Below, piece after piece: positions 1 to 9,653 of a stretch of 64,000 bases of DNA (positions are counted from its first letter, which is position 1; each line of letters opens with the position of its first letter). Where the stretch lies: positions 17,286-81,285 of the forward strand of contig JALNZC010000013.1 of NCBI GenBank assembly GCA_023229525.1. The letters are read 5' to 3'. This stretch comes from Bacteroidales bacterium. Lineage in GTDB: Bacteria > Bacteroidota > Bacteroidia > Bacteroidales > FEN-979. Position numbers and translations under genes: made by a program. Below the pieces are notes generated by a model that worked only from the letters and a program-made list of their open reading frames with translations, had not been told where the DNA came from and searched no databases.

Positions 1-324
1 GCATTGATGGAACTTGAGACAACGGAAAGTATTACAATGAATGAACTTGCCAAAAAACTCCATCTTGATAAAAGTACGGTAAGCCGTACTGTAGATAACC
101 TGTTTCAGTCGAATCTTATTGACCGTGAGATCCCGACATCTAACAGAAGAACCACCCGGATCAAACTTGACAAAAACGGACGCTCGGTTTGTAAAACCAT
201 CAATGAGGGCAATAATGAATACTATAAACAGGCATTACGTGCAATATCGCCCGAAAAACTTGCCGATTTCTTAAGCGCTTTTGAACAGTTGACCAATGGG
301 ATGATGAAACTGAATAATCGTTAA
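1..324 (+). CDS. MarR-family winged-helix transcriptional regulator (5' end outside window)
   Basis: ORF 4..324 is in frame with base 1. HTH-like segment ITMNELAKKLHLDKSTVSRTVDNL is followed by a wing (RRTTRIKLDKNG). 106 aa is short for MarR, so the N-terminus is probably cut by the window edge. Confidence 0.8.
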   Translation, partial: ALMELETTESITMNELAKKLHLDKSTVSRTVDNLFQSNLIDREIPTSNRRTTRIKLDKNGRSVCKTINEGNNEYYKQALRAISPEKLADFLSAFEQLTNGMMKLNNR

Positions 325-601
325 AATCCCGGTAAATTTCACATTACCTTCTTTTTATTTCCTCTATGTGGGTTTCTTACCAGGTGTAATTTTGCATACA
401 GACCGCAAGTATTTCCGGTTTTGATTGTCAAGCATTAAAAGGAAATATTTCAGCTTTTTAATAACCCCTGATTTAAAATTAACAAATTTTTAGCATTTTT
501 TATTTGTATATTATATTTTAAATGTTGTAATTTGCAACAGTTTCAATAAACACCATTCATTCGTTAAGAGAATCAATTATAAAAAGTTAATACCCGATAC
601 G

Positions 602-1075
602 ATGAGACATCCAAATGAAGCAGTGAATCTTTATTCTAAAAATTTTAACTGTTGCCAGTCAATCCTTGGTTCATTCGGACCGGATTTTGACCTCAACATG
701 GAGATGGTTTTGAAACTAGGAGCAGGGCTTTCCGGTGGTTTGGCTTTTCACGGAGAAACCTGTGGCGCTGTTATCGGCGCTTGTATTATTTTAGGTCTGG
801 TAAATGGCAGTAATGATCCTTCTAATGATTTAGCTGAACAGACCACTTATATTAGTGTAAAAGAATTCCTTTCGGATTTTAAAAAGAAATTCGGCACAAC
901 TGGCTGTAATAAATTATTTAACACAGATGTTTCAACCCCCGAAGGCTTCGAGTTAGCGCAAGAATCAAGCAATACCGAGATAAAAAACCTAAACGAAAAC
1001 TGCTGTGCAAATTCAACTACAACAACAGATATGGCAAAGATTACGATCTTCCTTTCTCATGCGAGAAAGGGATAA
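602..1075 (+). CDS. C_GCAxxG_C_C family protein (putative redox-active Cys-rich protein)
   Basis: 157 aa with the family hallmarks NCCQSIL near the N-terminus and GETCGAVIGA in the centre. Confidence 0.8.
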   Translation: MRHPNEAVNLYSKNFNCCQSILGSFGPDFDLNMEMVLKLGAGLSGGLAFHGETCGAVIGACIILGLVNGSNDPSNDLAEQTTYISVKEFLSDFKKKFGTTGCNKLFNTDVSTPEGFELAQESSNTEIKNLNENCCANSTTTTDMAKITIFLSHARKG

Positions 1076-1115
1076 CAATAAACATAGAACTTGAACATTA
1101 ATCAAACATTTAAAA

Positions 1116-1481
1116 ATGGAGGAAACAATCATGAAATCTCAAACTTTTCAAAAATTCGTATTCGTTTTGATCACTCTTCTGATCATCACCGGCCAATCTT
1201 TTTCAGAGAATGCTTCAAAAGAAGCAGTGGCCATTATCCGGGAATGTATACAGGAACAGGTTAATTATCCTGATTTATCAAACATAATAGATGGTCCGTG
1301 CTCAGCAGATATCCTTTTTATTATCACAGCGGAAGGCGAACTTTGCGTCAAAAGTGTAACTACAGAAAACCAGGTCCTTTCCAAGTATATTACCGAAAGG
1401 GTTTCAGCGATCCGGTTCTGCTGTCTTGAAAGTCCTGTGAACCAGTATTACCGTATTAAACTTACTTTTAGTCTGATATAA
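1116..1481 (+). CDS. hypothetical secreted protein
   Basis: 121-aa ORF with a hydrophobic signal-like N-terminus (FVFVLITLLIITGQSFS). A strong terminator follows it. No recognisable family. Confidence 0.5.
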   Translation: MEETIMKSQTFQKFVFVLITLLIITGQSFSENASKEAVAIIRECIQEQVNYPDLSNIIDGPCSADILFIITAEGELCVKSVTTENQVLSKYITERVSAIRFCCLESPVNQYYRIKLTFSLI

Positions 1482-1519
1482 AGCCAGATTCCCTTAGTTA
1501 TTATCGGTGATTGACAATA

Positions 1520-1555
1520 GCTGCCTTCCCAAAGGAAGGCAGCATTTTTATTTTA
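1520..1555 (+). terminator. rho-independent terminator
   Basis: Perfect 10-bp GC-rich stem GCTGCCTTCC / GGAAGGCAGC with loop CAAA, followed by ATTTTTATTTT. It lies 39 nt after the stop at 1481. Confidence 0.75.
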
Positions 1556-1623
1556 TAACACCGATTGATCGACAAACATTGTTAATCTGGTGTGGTAGAA
1601 ACAAATCTACAAAAAATTCAAAA

Positions 1624-1665
1624 TTGTTACAATCTGTTACGTTGCATTGAATCCTGTGTTACAAT
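1624..1665 (+). promoter_or_regulatory. three direct TGTTAC repeats upstream of the efflux operon (candidate response-regulator site)
   Basis: TGTTAC starts at 1625, 1635 and 1657 (spacing 10 and 22 bp). Two copies extend to TGTTACAAT. The site is 40-80 nt upstream of the tolC-like start at 1705. Confidence 0.3.
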
Positions 1666-1704
1666 GTCCCACGACATTTGCTGCGAATTTACTAGCTGAA
1701 ATAA

Positions 1705-2979
1705 ATGAAAAAATACTGGTTATTATTTGTGCTACTGTTCTTACATATAGAAGGGGTGTTGGCCCAGGAAAATCAATTGAGCGTTTTCACTATCGATTCG
1801 TGCATACAATACGCTTTTAAAAACAGTCCTTATTTAAAAGCAAGGAACAAAGAGGTTCTCATTGCGGCAAAAGATGTAGATATTATAAAAAGCAAACGTT
1901 TTCCGCTGATTAATGCTTCTGGTAATTATTTCCGGATAACCCAGAATGAGTATCCGTATGAATATCCATCCGGATTTGCAGGAATTGAATTGACTCAATC
2001 CGTTTGGAAAAATGGAAAAATAACAACACTCATTGAGAATGCTGCAATCGGTCAGCAAATGGCCGAAACAAAGTTTCTGATCGAGAAGAATAATATGATT
2101 TCAACCATAAATCAGCAGTATTTGATTCTATTAAAAAACCAGGAACTGGAGTTGCTTTCGAATAAAATTACTCAAAGGATCGCAATAAACCTGGAATCGT
2201 CAAAAGAACGCTATAAATCAGGAATCGCTCGCAAATCGGACGTTTTAAAAGCTGAAACCGGATTGTCGGATGCAAATTTTACGCTCACGGGATACACTAC
2301 AGAACGAAAAATCGCAGAACATAATCTGGTGAAAACTATTGGTGCAGATTTAAACCATGAGATAAAAGTGATCAACACCTTGCTGGATACGGATTTCACT
2401 TATACCACCTGGGAGTTGGAAAGGTTTTATACAATGGCGCTCAAAAATCTGCCGGAATTGAAATATTCGGATCTGTCGATATCCTGGCAGAATTTACTTA
2501 TTAAATACGAGAAGAAAACAAACGGGCCTGATCTGGATTTTTATGCCGCTTACTCGTATATCTATTCACCTGTACAAAATAATAACTGGTCCGGATCGCT
2601 TGGCCTGGCATTAAACTTTACCATTTTCAACGGTTTTGAAGCAAAAAATAAAATTGCAAAAGCATCCATCCGACGTGACCAATTTGAATATGAAAAGGAG
2701 GAATTATTACAGATGGTAAAACTCGAAATCAGGCAATCATATCTTGAATTACTGGAGGCAAAGCAACAAATAGAAAATGCAGACAAGCAGCGTGAAAATT
2801 CTGCAGAAAATCTGAAAATAGCTAACGGGGAATATCAGCAAGGGATCAGTTCCATGCTCGAGTTGCTTGATGCCGAAAACGCAGATTTTACAGCCAATCA
2901 GAATTACATCAATGCTTTATGGTGGTATCAGATGGCGAAAGCTGCAATTGAAAGAAAAACAGGAATTTCCAAATATTAA
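1705..2979 (+). CDS. TolC-family outer-membrane efflux protein
   Basis: 424 aa with a signal peptide (LLFLHIEGVLAQ) and OEP-type repeat/coiled-coil sequence. First gene of an adaptor/ABC operon with gaps of 4-28 nt. Confidence 0.85.
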   Translation: MKKYWLLFVLLFLHIEGVLAQENQLSVFTIDSCIQYAFKNSPYLKARNKEVLIAAKDVDIIKSKRFPLINASGNYFRITQNEYPYEYPSGFAGIELTQSVWKNGKITTLIENAAIGQQMAETKFLIEKNNMISTINQQYLILLKNQELELLSNKITQRIAINLESSKERYKSGIARKSDVLKAETGLSDANFTLTGYTTERKIAEHNLVKTIGADLNHEIKVINTLLDTDFTYTTWELERFYTMALKNLPELKYSDLSISWQNLLIKYEKKTNGPDLDFYAAYSYIYSPVQNNNWSGSLGLALNFTIFNGFEAKNKIAKASIRRDQFEYEKEELLQMVKLEIRQSYLELLEAKQQIENADKQRENSAENLKIANGEYQQGISSMLELLDAENADFTANQNYINALWWYQMAKAAIERKTGISKY

Positions 2980-2985
2980 TAAAAC

Positions 2986-4041
2986 ATGTTCAATAAAAAT
3001 AACCTGATAAGAACTACTTTGATTATCTGTGGAGCAATGACCCTGACATTTATATCGTGCACGGATAAAACGCCGGAAGATGTTAAATGGGAGACACAAA
3101 CTGTGAGCCGGAGAGACATTGGAACTTCGGTGATGGCAAAAGGAATTATTAAACCGAAGGTAGGAGCCGAAGTGCGAATTGGTTCACGTGCGTCGGGAAC
3201 AGTAACAAACCTGTATGTTAATGTCGGGGATTATGTGACCAAAGGAACACTTCTTGCCGAGTTGGATGATGCTGAATTAAAAGCCCAATGTGAGAAATCG
3301 AAAGCAAACCTTTACAATGCAGAAGTAACACTTAAGTATGCCGAAATTGAACTTCAACGCATGAAAAACCTGAAACTAAAAGAGTTCATATCACAACAGG
3401 TGCTTGATGACGCACAAAAAGCAAGCGAATTGGCAAACGCAAGAGTACTGCAGGAAAAAGCGAACCTTGATTTTACAAATATTCAATTAGGTTATACCCG
3501 CATTTATGCTTCTCTTTCAGGAGTAATTGGCTCTGTTTCGACACAAAAAGGCGAAACCGTGTCGGCAATCATTTCCACACCCACTTTTGTAACCATAATC
3601 GACCTGGACAGGCTTGAAGTCTGGGCGTATGTTGATGAAACTGATATAGGACGCATTGAAGAAGGACAACCTGCAAAATTTACCGTTGACACTTACCCCG
3701 AAACTGAATTCAATGGTATCGTCAGGACTATTTATCCCCAGGCGGAGATCCTGAATAACGTAGTGAATTACATTGTAATTATCGAAATAGATCAGCATAA
3801 AGGTAACATCCTGCGACCTGAAATGACAGCTTCGATAAATATTTACATGCAAACCCATGGTAACGTACTATCAATTCCAAATAAGGCATTAAAGCGAGAT
3901 GGAAATAAAAACATTATATACATTCTGGAGCATAATCAGGCCGTCGAACGTGAAGTAATTGTTGGCTTGCGTGGAAAGTATCAGAGCGAAATCATAAATG
4001 GAATTAAAGAAAATGAAGTAGTAATAATAAATAAAAAGTAA
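2986..4041 (+). CDS. efflux periplasmic adaptor subunit (HlyD/MacA-like)
   Basis: 351 aa with a lipoprotein-like N-terminus (LTFISCTD), a lipoyl/coiled-coil hairpin and beta-barrel segments typical of membrane-fusion proteins. Confidence 0.9.
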   Translation: MFNKNNLIRTTLIICGAMTLTFISCTDKTPEDVKWETQTVSRRDIGTSVMAKGIIKPKVGAEVRIGSRASGTVTNLYVNVGDYVTKGTLLAELDDAELKAQCEKSKANLYNAEVTLKYAEIELQRMKNLKLKEFISQQVLDDAQKASELANARVLQEKANLDFTNIQLGYTRIYASLSGVIGSVSTQKGETVSAIISTPTFVTIIDLDRLEVWAYVDETDIGRIEEGQPAKFTVDTYPETEFNGIVRTIYPQAEILNNVVNYIVIIEIDQHKGNILRPEMTASINIYMQTHGNVLSIPNKALKRDGNKNIIYILEHNQAVEREVIVGLRGKYQSEIINGIKENEVVIINKK

Positions 4042-4045
4042 ACCT

Positions 4046-4720
4046 ATGATCCAATTTAAGAACATTTCAAAAACTTACGAAAAGAACGGAGAGGCAACTG
4101 TTGTGGCTTTAAATGAAGTTAGCCTGTCCATTTCGCGGGGCGAATTTGTCGCCATAATCGGAGCATCCGGTTCAGGGAAATCAACTCTGATGAACATACT
4201 GGGAATGCTTGACCGTCCTTCAAACGGCACATATTATTTTGAAAACAGGGAAGTGAATAAATTAAGTGATGCAGAACTGGCCGTAATCAGGAATAAAAAA
4301 ATAGGTTTTGTATTCCAGTCATTTAACCTGTTGCCAAAAACCTCAGCCTTGGAAAATGTTGAGCTTCCGCTCATTTATTCAGATAGGAAAGAGATAAATG
4401 GCCTGGCTGCGGATGCCCTTAAAAAAGTGGGAATGGGCGACCGTTTGTCTCACAAGCCGAACGAATTATCAGGCGGACAGCAACAACGGGTTGCAATCGC
4501 CAGGGCTCTGGTCAATGAACCTGAAATTATTCTGGCCGATGAACCGACAGGAAACCTCGATTCAAAGTCTGGAGCAGAAGTCATGGAGCTTTTCAGGAAA
4601 CTGAATTCGGAAGGCAAAACCCTTGTGTTGATTACGCATGATACTGAAATTGCAAAAAAGGCAAAACGCGTAGTAAACATTCTCGATGGAAAAGTAATTG
4701 AAGATAAATTAAACCAGTAA
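4046..4720 (+). CDS. ABC transporter ATP-binding protein (MacB/LolD-type)
   Basis: Walker A GASGSGKST, signature LSGGQQQRVAIARAL, Walker B ILADEPTGNLD. Confidence 0.95.
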   Translation: MIQFKNISKTYEKNGEATVVALNEVSLSISRGEFVAIIGASGSGKSTLMNILGMLDRPSNGTYYFENREVNKLSDAELAVIRNKKIGFVFQSFNLLPKTSALENVELPLIYSDRKEINGLAADALKKVGMGDRLSHKPNELSGGQQQRVAIARALVNEPEIILADEPTGNLDSKSGAEVMELFRKLNSEGKTLVLITHDTEIAKKAKRVVNILDGKVIEDKLNQ

Positions 4721-4731
4721 AACAGAGTAAA

Positions 4732-5961
4732 ATGAACCCGGAACGAAACAGCAGAATACTATTCAGCGGTTTACGAATGATGAGCCGCTCAAAGTTGAGG
4801 ACATTCATAATGATGCTAAGTATTATCATAGGCATCACAGCCTTAACATTAACGTTAACCATAGGTAACGGGATTGAAAGAAAAGTCTTGGCGAACGTAA
4901 GGCGCATGGTCACCCCGGAGAACATTGTTATTACTGCGGAAAAAATAGAGACCGAAGGTGTTCATGAATCGGAAAAAGGTCCGAACACAGCGATAAAAAT
5001 TGAGGATATAGAAGCCATTGCCTCGCAGGTCGATGGAATTGTACTGTATGATTATTTGCAGGTAATTCCTAAAAAAGAGGTAAATTATTCAGGAGTAAAC
5101 CATTTTACGACTGTTAAAGGTTGTCGTACCGAGGGTCAGAGAATCTGGAATAAACCTGTTACACAGGGACGTTTTTTTGATCAAAGTGAATTAATAGGCA
5201 CTAAACGCGTTGCAGTTTTAGGTCCCAAGCTGGCGAAAATTCTTTTCCATGACGAGGATCCTATCGGAAAACAATTCAGTCTAGGAGATGCGCCATTTAT
5301 GATAATTGGGATCGCCGAAGCACAGGGCGCCGACGTGCACGGCTCTGATCTGGATGATGAGATCTATATTCCCATCACTACATTAATGAGACGGGTCGCA
5401 AATATCGATTATTTATTCGGTGCAAAATTCCTGTTTGAAAGTGAACTGAAAAGTGCCGGATCAGAGTCGGCAATCAGAAATATTCTAAGGGAAAGACATT
5501 CTCTAAAGGAAGGCGAAGCCGACGATTTTACAATGATAACACCTGTTCTGGTAAAAGCATTCGTTGGTAAAATTGTAAGGGTTTTTAAGGTACTTCTGCC
5601 TACTATTGCCGGAATTTCATTGTTGGCTGGAGCAATATTTATTCTTGTATTAATGAATATGGCCGTCAACCAGCGTAGAAAGGAGATCGGACTTCGAAAG
5701 GCGGTAGGTGCGAGGGAAAAGGATATAAGCCGGCAATTTTTTGCCGAAACCATATCCGTTGTATTCATTGGTGGTATTGTCGGGCTGATTATCGGATTGC
5801 TGATCTCAATGGTAATAAGCGCTAAAATGAATACTTCATTTTATATCCCTGTCCAAACCCTTCTAGCCGGAATTGTTTTGCCTATTCTCACTGGACTGAT
5901 AGCCGGAATTATTCCTGCCCGTAAAGCTTCAAAACTGAACCCTGTTGATACCATGAAATAA
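4732..5961 (+). CDS. ABC transporter permease (FtsX/MacB-type)
   Basis: 409 aa with an N-terminal TM, a large periplasmic MacB_PCD-like domain and a C-terminal FtsX 3-TM bundle ending in the PARKASKLNPVD motif. Confidence 0.9.
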   Translation: MNPERNSRILFSGLRMMSRSKLRTFIMMLSIIIGITALTLTLTIGNGIERKVLANVRRMVTPENIVITAEKIETEGVHESEKGPNTAIKIEDIEAIASQVDGIVLYDYLQVIPKKEVNYSGVNHFTTVKGCRTEGQRIWNKPVTQGRFFDQSELIGTKRVAVLGPKLAKILFHDEDPIGKQFSLGDAPFMIIGIAEAQGADVHGSDLDDEIYIPITTLMRRVANIDYLFGAKFLFESELKSAGSESAIRNILRERHSLKEGEADDFTMITPVLVKAFVGKIVRVFKVLLPTIAGISLLAGAIFILVLMNMAVNQRRKEIGLRKAVGAREKDISRQFFAETISVVFIGGIVGLIIGLLISMVISAKMNTSFYIPVQTLLAGIVLPILTGLIAGIIPARKASKLNPVDTMK

Positions 5962-5989
5962 TTTATGGGAACAACCTAAAACAATTAAG

Positions 5990-7210
5990 TTGAAAATATA
6001 CCGGAACATAAAACTTTCCATAAAGGCTTTGCTTGTCAACAAAACCCGGACTTATTTCTCGATTGCAGGCATGGCTGTGGGGATTGCAGCGGTAACCGTG
6101 ACTGTCGCAATCGGTGAATCTGCCAAACAGAAAGCCCTTGATCCAATTAAAGCCATGGGTACAAATGTGATTGTGATCAATGCAGGCAAGTTCACAGAAG
6201 TGTTTGGGCGAGCCAGGGAAGTGACCAATGTGACGACGCTCAAATTACAAGACGTCAGCGTTTTACATAAAAATAATTCCATTGAAAAAATTTCTCCCTT
6301 TCAGGAACGGCTCTTACCGGTTAAATATCAGGGGAGAAGTACAAATTCACTTATTCAGGGGGTGTCAACCGAATATCCTTCAATTCGCAATTATACTCTA
6401 AATCAGGGTGAATTCTTCACCGATGATCAGAACAAGATGTCGGAACGGCTTGCTGTTTTAGGTTCACAAACGGCAAATAATTTATTCAAAAACGAAAACC
6501 CCTTGGATAAAATCATTTATATCAACAATATACCCTTTACTGTGATCGGATCTCTTAATCCCAAAGGCTCAACATCCGAAATGGGTAATATCGATAATGT
6601 TGTGATGATCCCGGTAAAAACCATACTGCGCAGGGTGTTGAATATTGATTACCTAGCTAAGATATATCTGCAGGTACGCGAGATAGATCATATGGATATC
6701 ACAGAAAGTTATATTACTGAGCAACTCAAGGCAACCCATCAGCTAAAGCGGGAGAATGAGAAGGATGATTTCACGATCATCAATCAGTTAAATGCCATTC
6801 ATATGAGTGAGGAAACTTCGAACTCCTTTAACATTCTGATATTAGGTGTGGCAGTTATTTCGCTTATCATTGGCGGATCAGGGATACTTACTGTAATGAT
6901 TTTGTCGGTACGTGAGCGGATAACAGAGATTGGTTTACGCATCTCGGTTGGGGCAAGAAAACGTAATATCGTGTTTCAGTTCATGTACGAGTCACTCATA
7001 CTGGGTTTTGCCGGGGGATTGACTGGAACAATTTTGGGATATTTAATTTCTTTAGTTTTAAATAAATTTACTGACTGGACAACAACCGTGTCTATGCAGG
7101 CATTATTAACATCTATTGGGTTTTCCATGATTGTTGGTTTGATTTTTGGTGTGTTTCCTGCACTAAGGGCAGCAAAGTCAGATCCTATTAATGCTCTAAA
7201 AGCAGAATAA
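5990..7210 (+). CDS. ABC transporter permease (FtsX/MacB-type), TTG start
   Basis: 406 aa with the same architecture as the preceding permease. C-terminal motif ALRAAKSDPINAL. The start codon at 5990 is TTG. Confidence 0.9.
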   Translation: MKIYRNIKLSIKALLVNKTRTYFSIAGMAVGIAAVTVTVAIGESAKQKALDPIKAMGTNVIVINAGKFTEVFGRAREVTNVTTLKLQDVSVLHKNNSIEKISPFQERLLPVKYQGRSTNSLIQGVSTEYPSIRNYTLNQGEFFTDDQNKMSERLAVLGSQTANNLFKNENPLDKIIYINNIPFTVIGSLNPKGSTSEMGNIDNVVMIPVKTILRRVLNIDYLAKIYLQVREIDHMDITESYITEQLKATHQLKRENEKDDFTIINQLNAIHMSEETSNSFNILILGVAVISLIIGGSGILTVMILSVRERITEIGLRISVGARKRNIVFQFMYESLILGFAGGLTGTILGYLISLVLNKFTDWTTTVSMQALLTSIGFSMIVGLIFGVFPALRAAKSDPINALKAE

Positions 7211-7217
7211 AAACTGT

Positions 7218-7225
7218 TAAATTTG
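7218..7225 (+). promoter_or_regulatory. possible Bacteroidota -7 box (TAAATTTG) for the two-component genes
   Basis: Exact TAnnTTTG match 12 nt upstream of the ATG at 7237. Confidence 0.3.
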
Positions 7226-7236
7226 CAATAATCACC

Positions 7237-7923
7237 ATGAAAGTGAAGATTAAAATTTTAATCATAGACGATGATGATGAACTCAACCGTTTGTTAAAAG
7301 CTTACCTTGAAAAAGTAGGATATGAAGTTGTCTCCACATTAAACCCGGTTGAAGGCATTGAAATCGCAATAAAGCAAAAGCCTGATTTCATCATCCTCGA
7401 TATCATGATGCCCGGAATGGATGGATTTGAAGTCTGCCGTACCATCCGTCAACAAAGCGATGTACCAATCGTTATGCTTACTGCCCGCGGAGAAGTTACC
7501 GACCGGGTCGTTGGTTTGGAATTTGGTGCCGATGATTACATGCCCAAACCTTTTGAACCGAGAGAGCTGGACGCAAGAATAAAGGCCATACTACGGCGGA
7601 GTAGAAAGACAGAATCTGCTTCCCGGTTTCAATTCGGTGAACTGAACCTGTACCCTGAAAGATATGCAGCAGAGTTGGATGGTAAACCACTTGATGTATC
7701 CACTTTTGAATTCGATCTTTTATTATTGTTGGCCAGGAATAAAGGAAGGGTATTATCAAGGGATGCAATTATGGACTCCCTTCGGGGGATTGACTGGTCG
7801 GCCTTCGATCGTTCTGTTGATATGCTGATAAGCCGGTTAAGGCAAAAACTTAATGACGACCCTAAAAATCCCAGGTTTATCAGAACAATACGTAATGCAG
7901 GATATATATTCATTGGGGAGTAA
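7237..7923 (+). CDS. OmpR/PhoB-family response regulator
   Basis: Receiver domain (ILIIDDDD ... LDIMMPGMDG ... MLTARG) plus a winged-helix output domain (RFIRTIRNAGYIF). Confidence 0.95.
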   Translation: MKVKIKILIIDDDDELNRLLKAYLEKVGYEVVSTLNPVEGIEIAIKQKPDFIILDIMMPGMDGFEVCRTIRQQSDVPIVMLTARGEVTDRVVGLEFGADDYMPKPFEPRELDARIKAILRRSRKTESASRFQFGELNLYPERYAAELDGKPLDVSTFEFDLLLLLARNKGRVLSRDAIMDSLRGIDWSAFDRSVDMLISRLRQKLNDDPKNPRFIRTIRNAGYIFIGE

Positions 7924-7935
7924 AATTCAGAAGCC

Positions 7936-8958
7936 ATGAATTTTCTTAAACAATTAAAATCACTTGCTCATTCATTTATCGCTAAACTCATAGGACTTAT
8001 CATCTTATTGGCTTTTGCAATCATCCTCACGGTTTCTTTGTTCAAAGGATTTATATTATCGGATAAAACGACACATCTTTTCATTTTTTTAATTGTGGTT
8101 ATTATCCTGATTTTCTCGTTGGCTATTTATTTTGTTCATCGTTTATTGTTACCTGTCCGTGAATTGAATAAAGGCGTAAAGGAAATAAGCAAAGGAAATC
8201 TTGATGTTCAGCTTGCTGTTAAAAGCACTGATGAACTGGGGAAGCTGGCAAACGCTTTTAATCTGATGACAAAAAACCTGCGACTAATGGTTCGGTACAG
8301 AGAACAGTTGTTGCTCGATGTAAGTCATGAATTGCGCACACCCCTTACCAGGGCGCTTTTGGCTCTTGAGATGGCAGATGAATCGGAGTATATAACTTCT
8401 GCCAAACGTAATCTGAAAGAAGTCCAGGCCATGATAACAGAACTGCTTGAAAACCAACGGTTAAAAAATGGGTTTGACAATCTTAATATTTCGAGAATTA
8501 GTATTAAAAACCTGATCACACGAATAGCAGAAGAATATTCAGACGTTCTTCCCGGAGTTAATATAAATCTCATTTCTGAAGGTTTGTTTATTGAAGCAGA
8601 TGAAGAATTAATGAAGATAGTGCTCCGGAATCTTTTAGAAAATGCACTTAAGCATTCACCTGAGAATTCCAGTCCGGTCGAACTATCAGTCATTGATAAT
8701 GATGACCGTATTACTGTCCGGATTGAAGATTTCGGACAAGGAATAAATCCGGATGAAATTGAAAAGGTTTTCGAACCATTTTACCGTACCGACAGATCTC
8801 GTTCACGAAAAACAGGCGGTTATGGCCTTGGGTTACACTTATGCAAAAACATTATTGAGACCCATAACGGAGAAATTAAGATTTACAATAAAAATGAAGG
8901 GTATGGGCTAATTGTTGAGATTGTAATCAAAAGAAATTGGGAACATCCGTCGATCTAG
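7936..8958 (+). CDS. sensor histidine kinase (HAMP-HisKA-HATPase)
   Basis: Two N-terminal TM segments, a HAMP region, H-box SHELRTPLT, N-box LLENALKHS and G-box GGYGLGLHL. Confidence 0.9.
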   Translation: MNFLKQLKSLAHSFIAKLIGLIILLAFAIILTVSLFKGFILSDKTTHLFIFLIVVIILIFSLAIYFVHRLLLPVRELNKGVKEISKGNLDVQLAVKSTDELGKLANAFNLMTKNLRLMVRYREQLLLDVSHELRTPLTRALLALEMADESEYITSAKRNLKEVQAMITELLENQRLKNGFDNLNISRISIKNLITRIAEEYSDVLPGVNINLISEGLFIEADEELMKIVLRNLLENALKHSPENSSPVELSVIDNDDRITVRIEDFGQGINPDEIEKVFEPFYRTDRSRSRKTGGYGLGLHLCKNIIETHNGEIKIYNKNEGYGLIVEIVIKRNWEHPSI

Positions 8959-8979
8959 GATTTAAATTTTTAGCACAAT

Positions 8980-9297
8980 CTATAAATAGTCCTCTCGTGG
9001 CGGAGTGAAGACATCGATTATTTCTCCACTTTCAATTACTTCTAAAGAGTGTTCAACATTTTCAGGTATGGTATAACTGTCACCCTGATAAATAATCTCA
9101 TTGATATCCTCATATATTATCCTGTATTTCCCGGAAAGCACATATCCGATCTGCTCGTTGGGATGAGAATGGAGAGGGACTTTGTTCTCTATTTTCAGGT
9201 TCATCTTGGTAACCATTGTTTTTTCTCCAACCGCAACAACTTCAAATGAGACTCCTTTAAATTGGCGTTTTCCAGTATTTTCTTTTTTTGTTATCAT
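8980..9297 (-). CDS. cupin-domain protein
   Basis: 105 aa with the cupin metal motif HSHPNEQIGYVLSG ... IPENVEHS. Confidence 0.8.
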   Translation of the reverse strand: MITKKENTGKRQFKGVSFEVVAVGEKTMVTKMNLKIENKVPLHSHPNEQIGYVLSGKYRIIYEDINEIIYQGDSYTIPENVEHSLEVIESGEIIDVFTPPREDYL

Positions 9298-9409
9298 AAT
9301 AATAGATTTTTCAATTTCCTAAAATTATATTTCATCAAGGTCCCCCAAACACCTTCACTGATAAACCCTGCAATTAAACCGGAGTAAATGATTTTAAATG
9401 TTGAGGCCA

Positions 9410-9602
9410 CTCCGAAAAGTAGCTTATGGTAAATCTACCCATCCCCAGCCCCTCCCTGCCCACAGGGAGGGGAGCATCTCTGCTCCGGCAAAATACTGTA
9501 TATCTTGTTATTGGGTATGGTGGCGCTTTTCCCATCCCTTTTCAAGGAAGGGGTTGGGGGTGGGTAGATTGGCTGCAAACCTTTTTCGTAGACTTTTCGG
9601 AG
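9410..9602. repeat. approx. 190-bp imperfect palindromic, GC-island-containing intergenic element (possible structured RNA or MITE-like element)
   Basis: Outer arms CTCCGAAAAGT (9410-9420) / ACTTTTCGGAG (9592-9602). Middle arms AATCTACCCATCCCC / GGGGGTGGGTAGATT. Nested hairpin CCCCTCCCT-GCCCAC-AGGGAGGGG. Only short, mutually overlapping ORFs cover it. Confidence 0.6.
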
Positions 9603-9653
9603 CAGGCTCAATGTTTTATTTTTCATCGCTATGCATAAAATGAGAACAATATT

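Noticed and set aside
9398-9643. Three overlapping ORFs (81, 70 and 63 aa) in the cupin-trmO spacer
   Set aside because: They are mutually overlapping on both strands and coincide with the palindromic GC-island element. Their Pro/Gly/Trp-rich translations follow from the G/C runs, so a non-coding element is more parsimonious.
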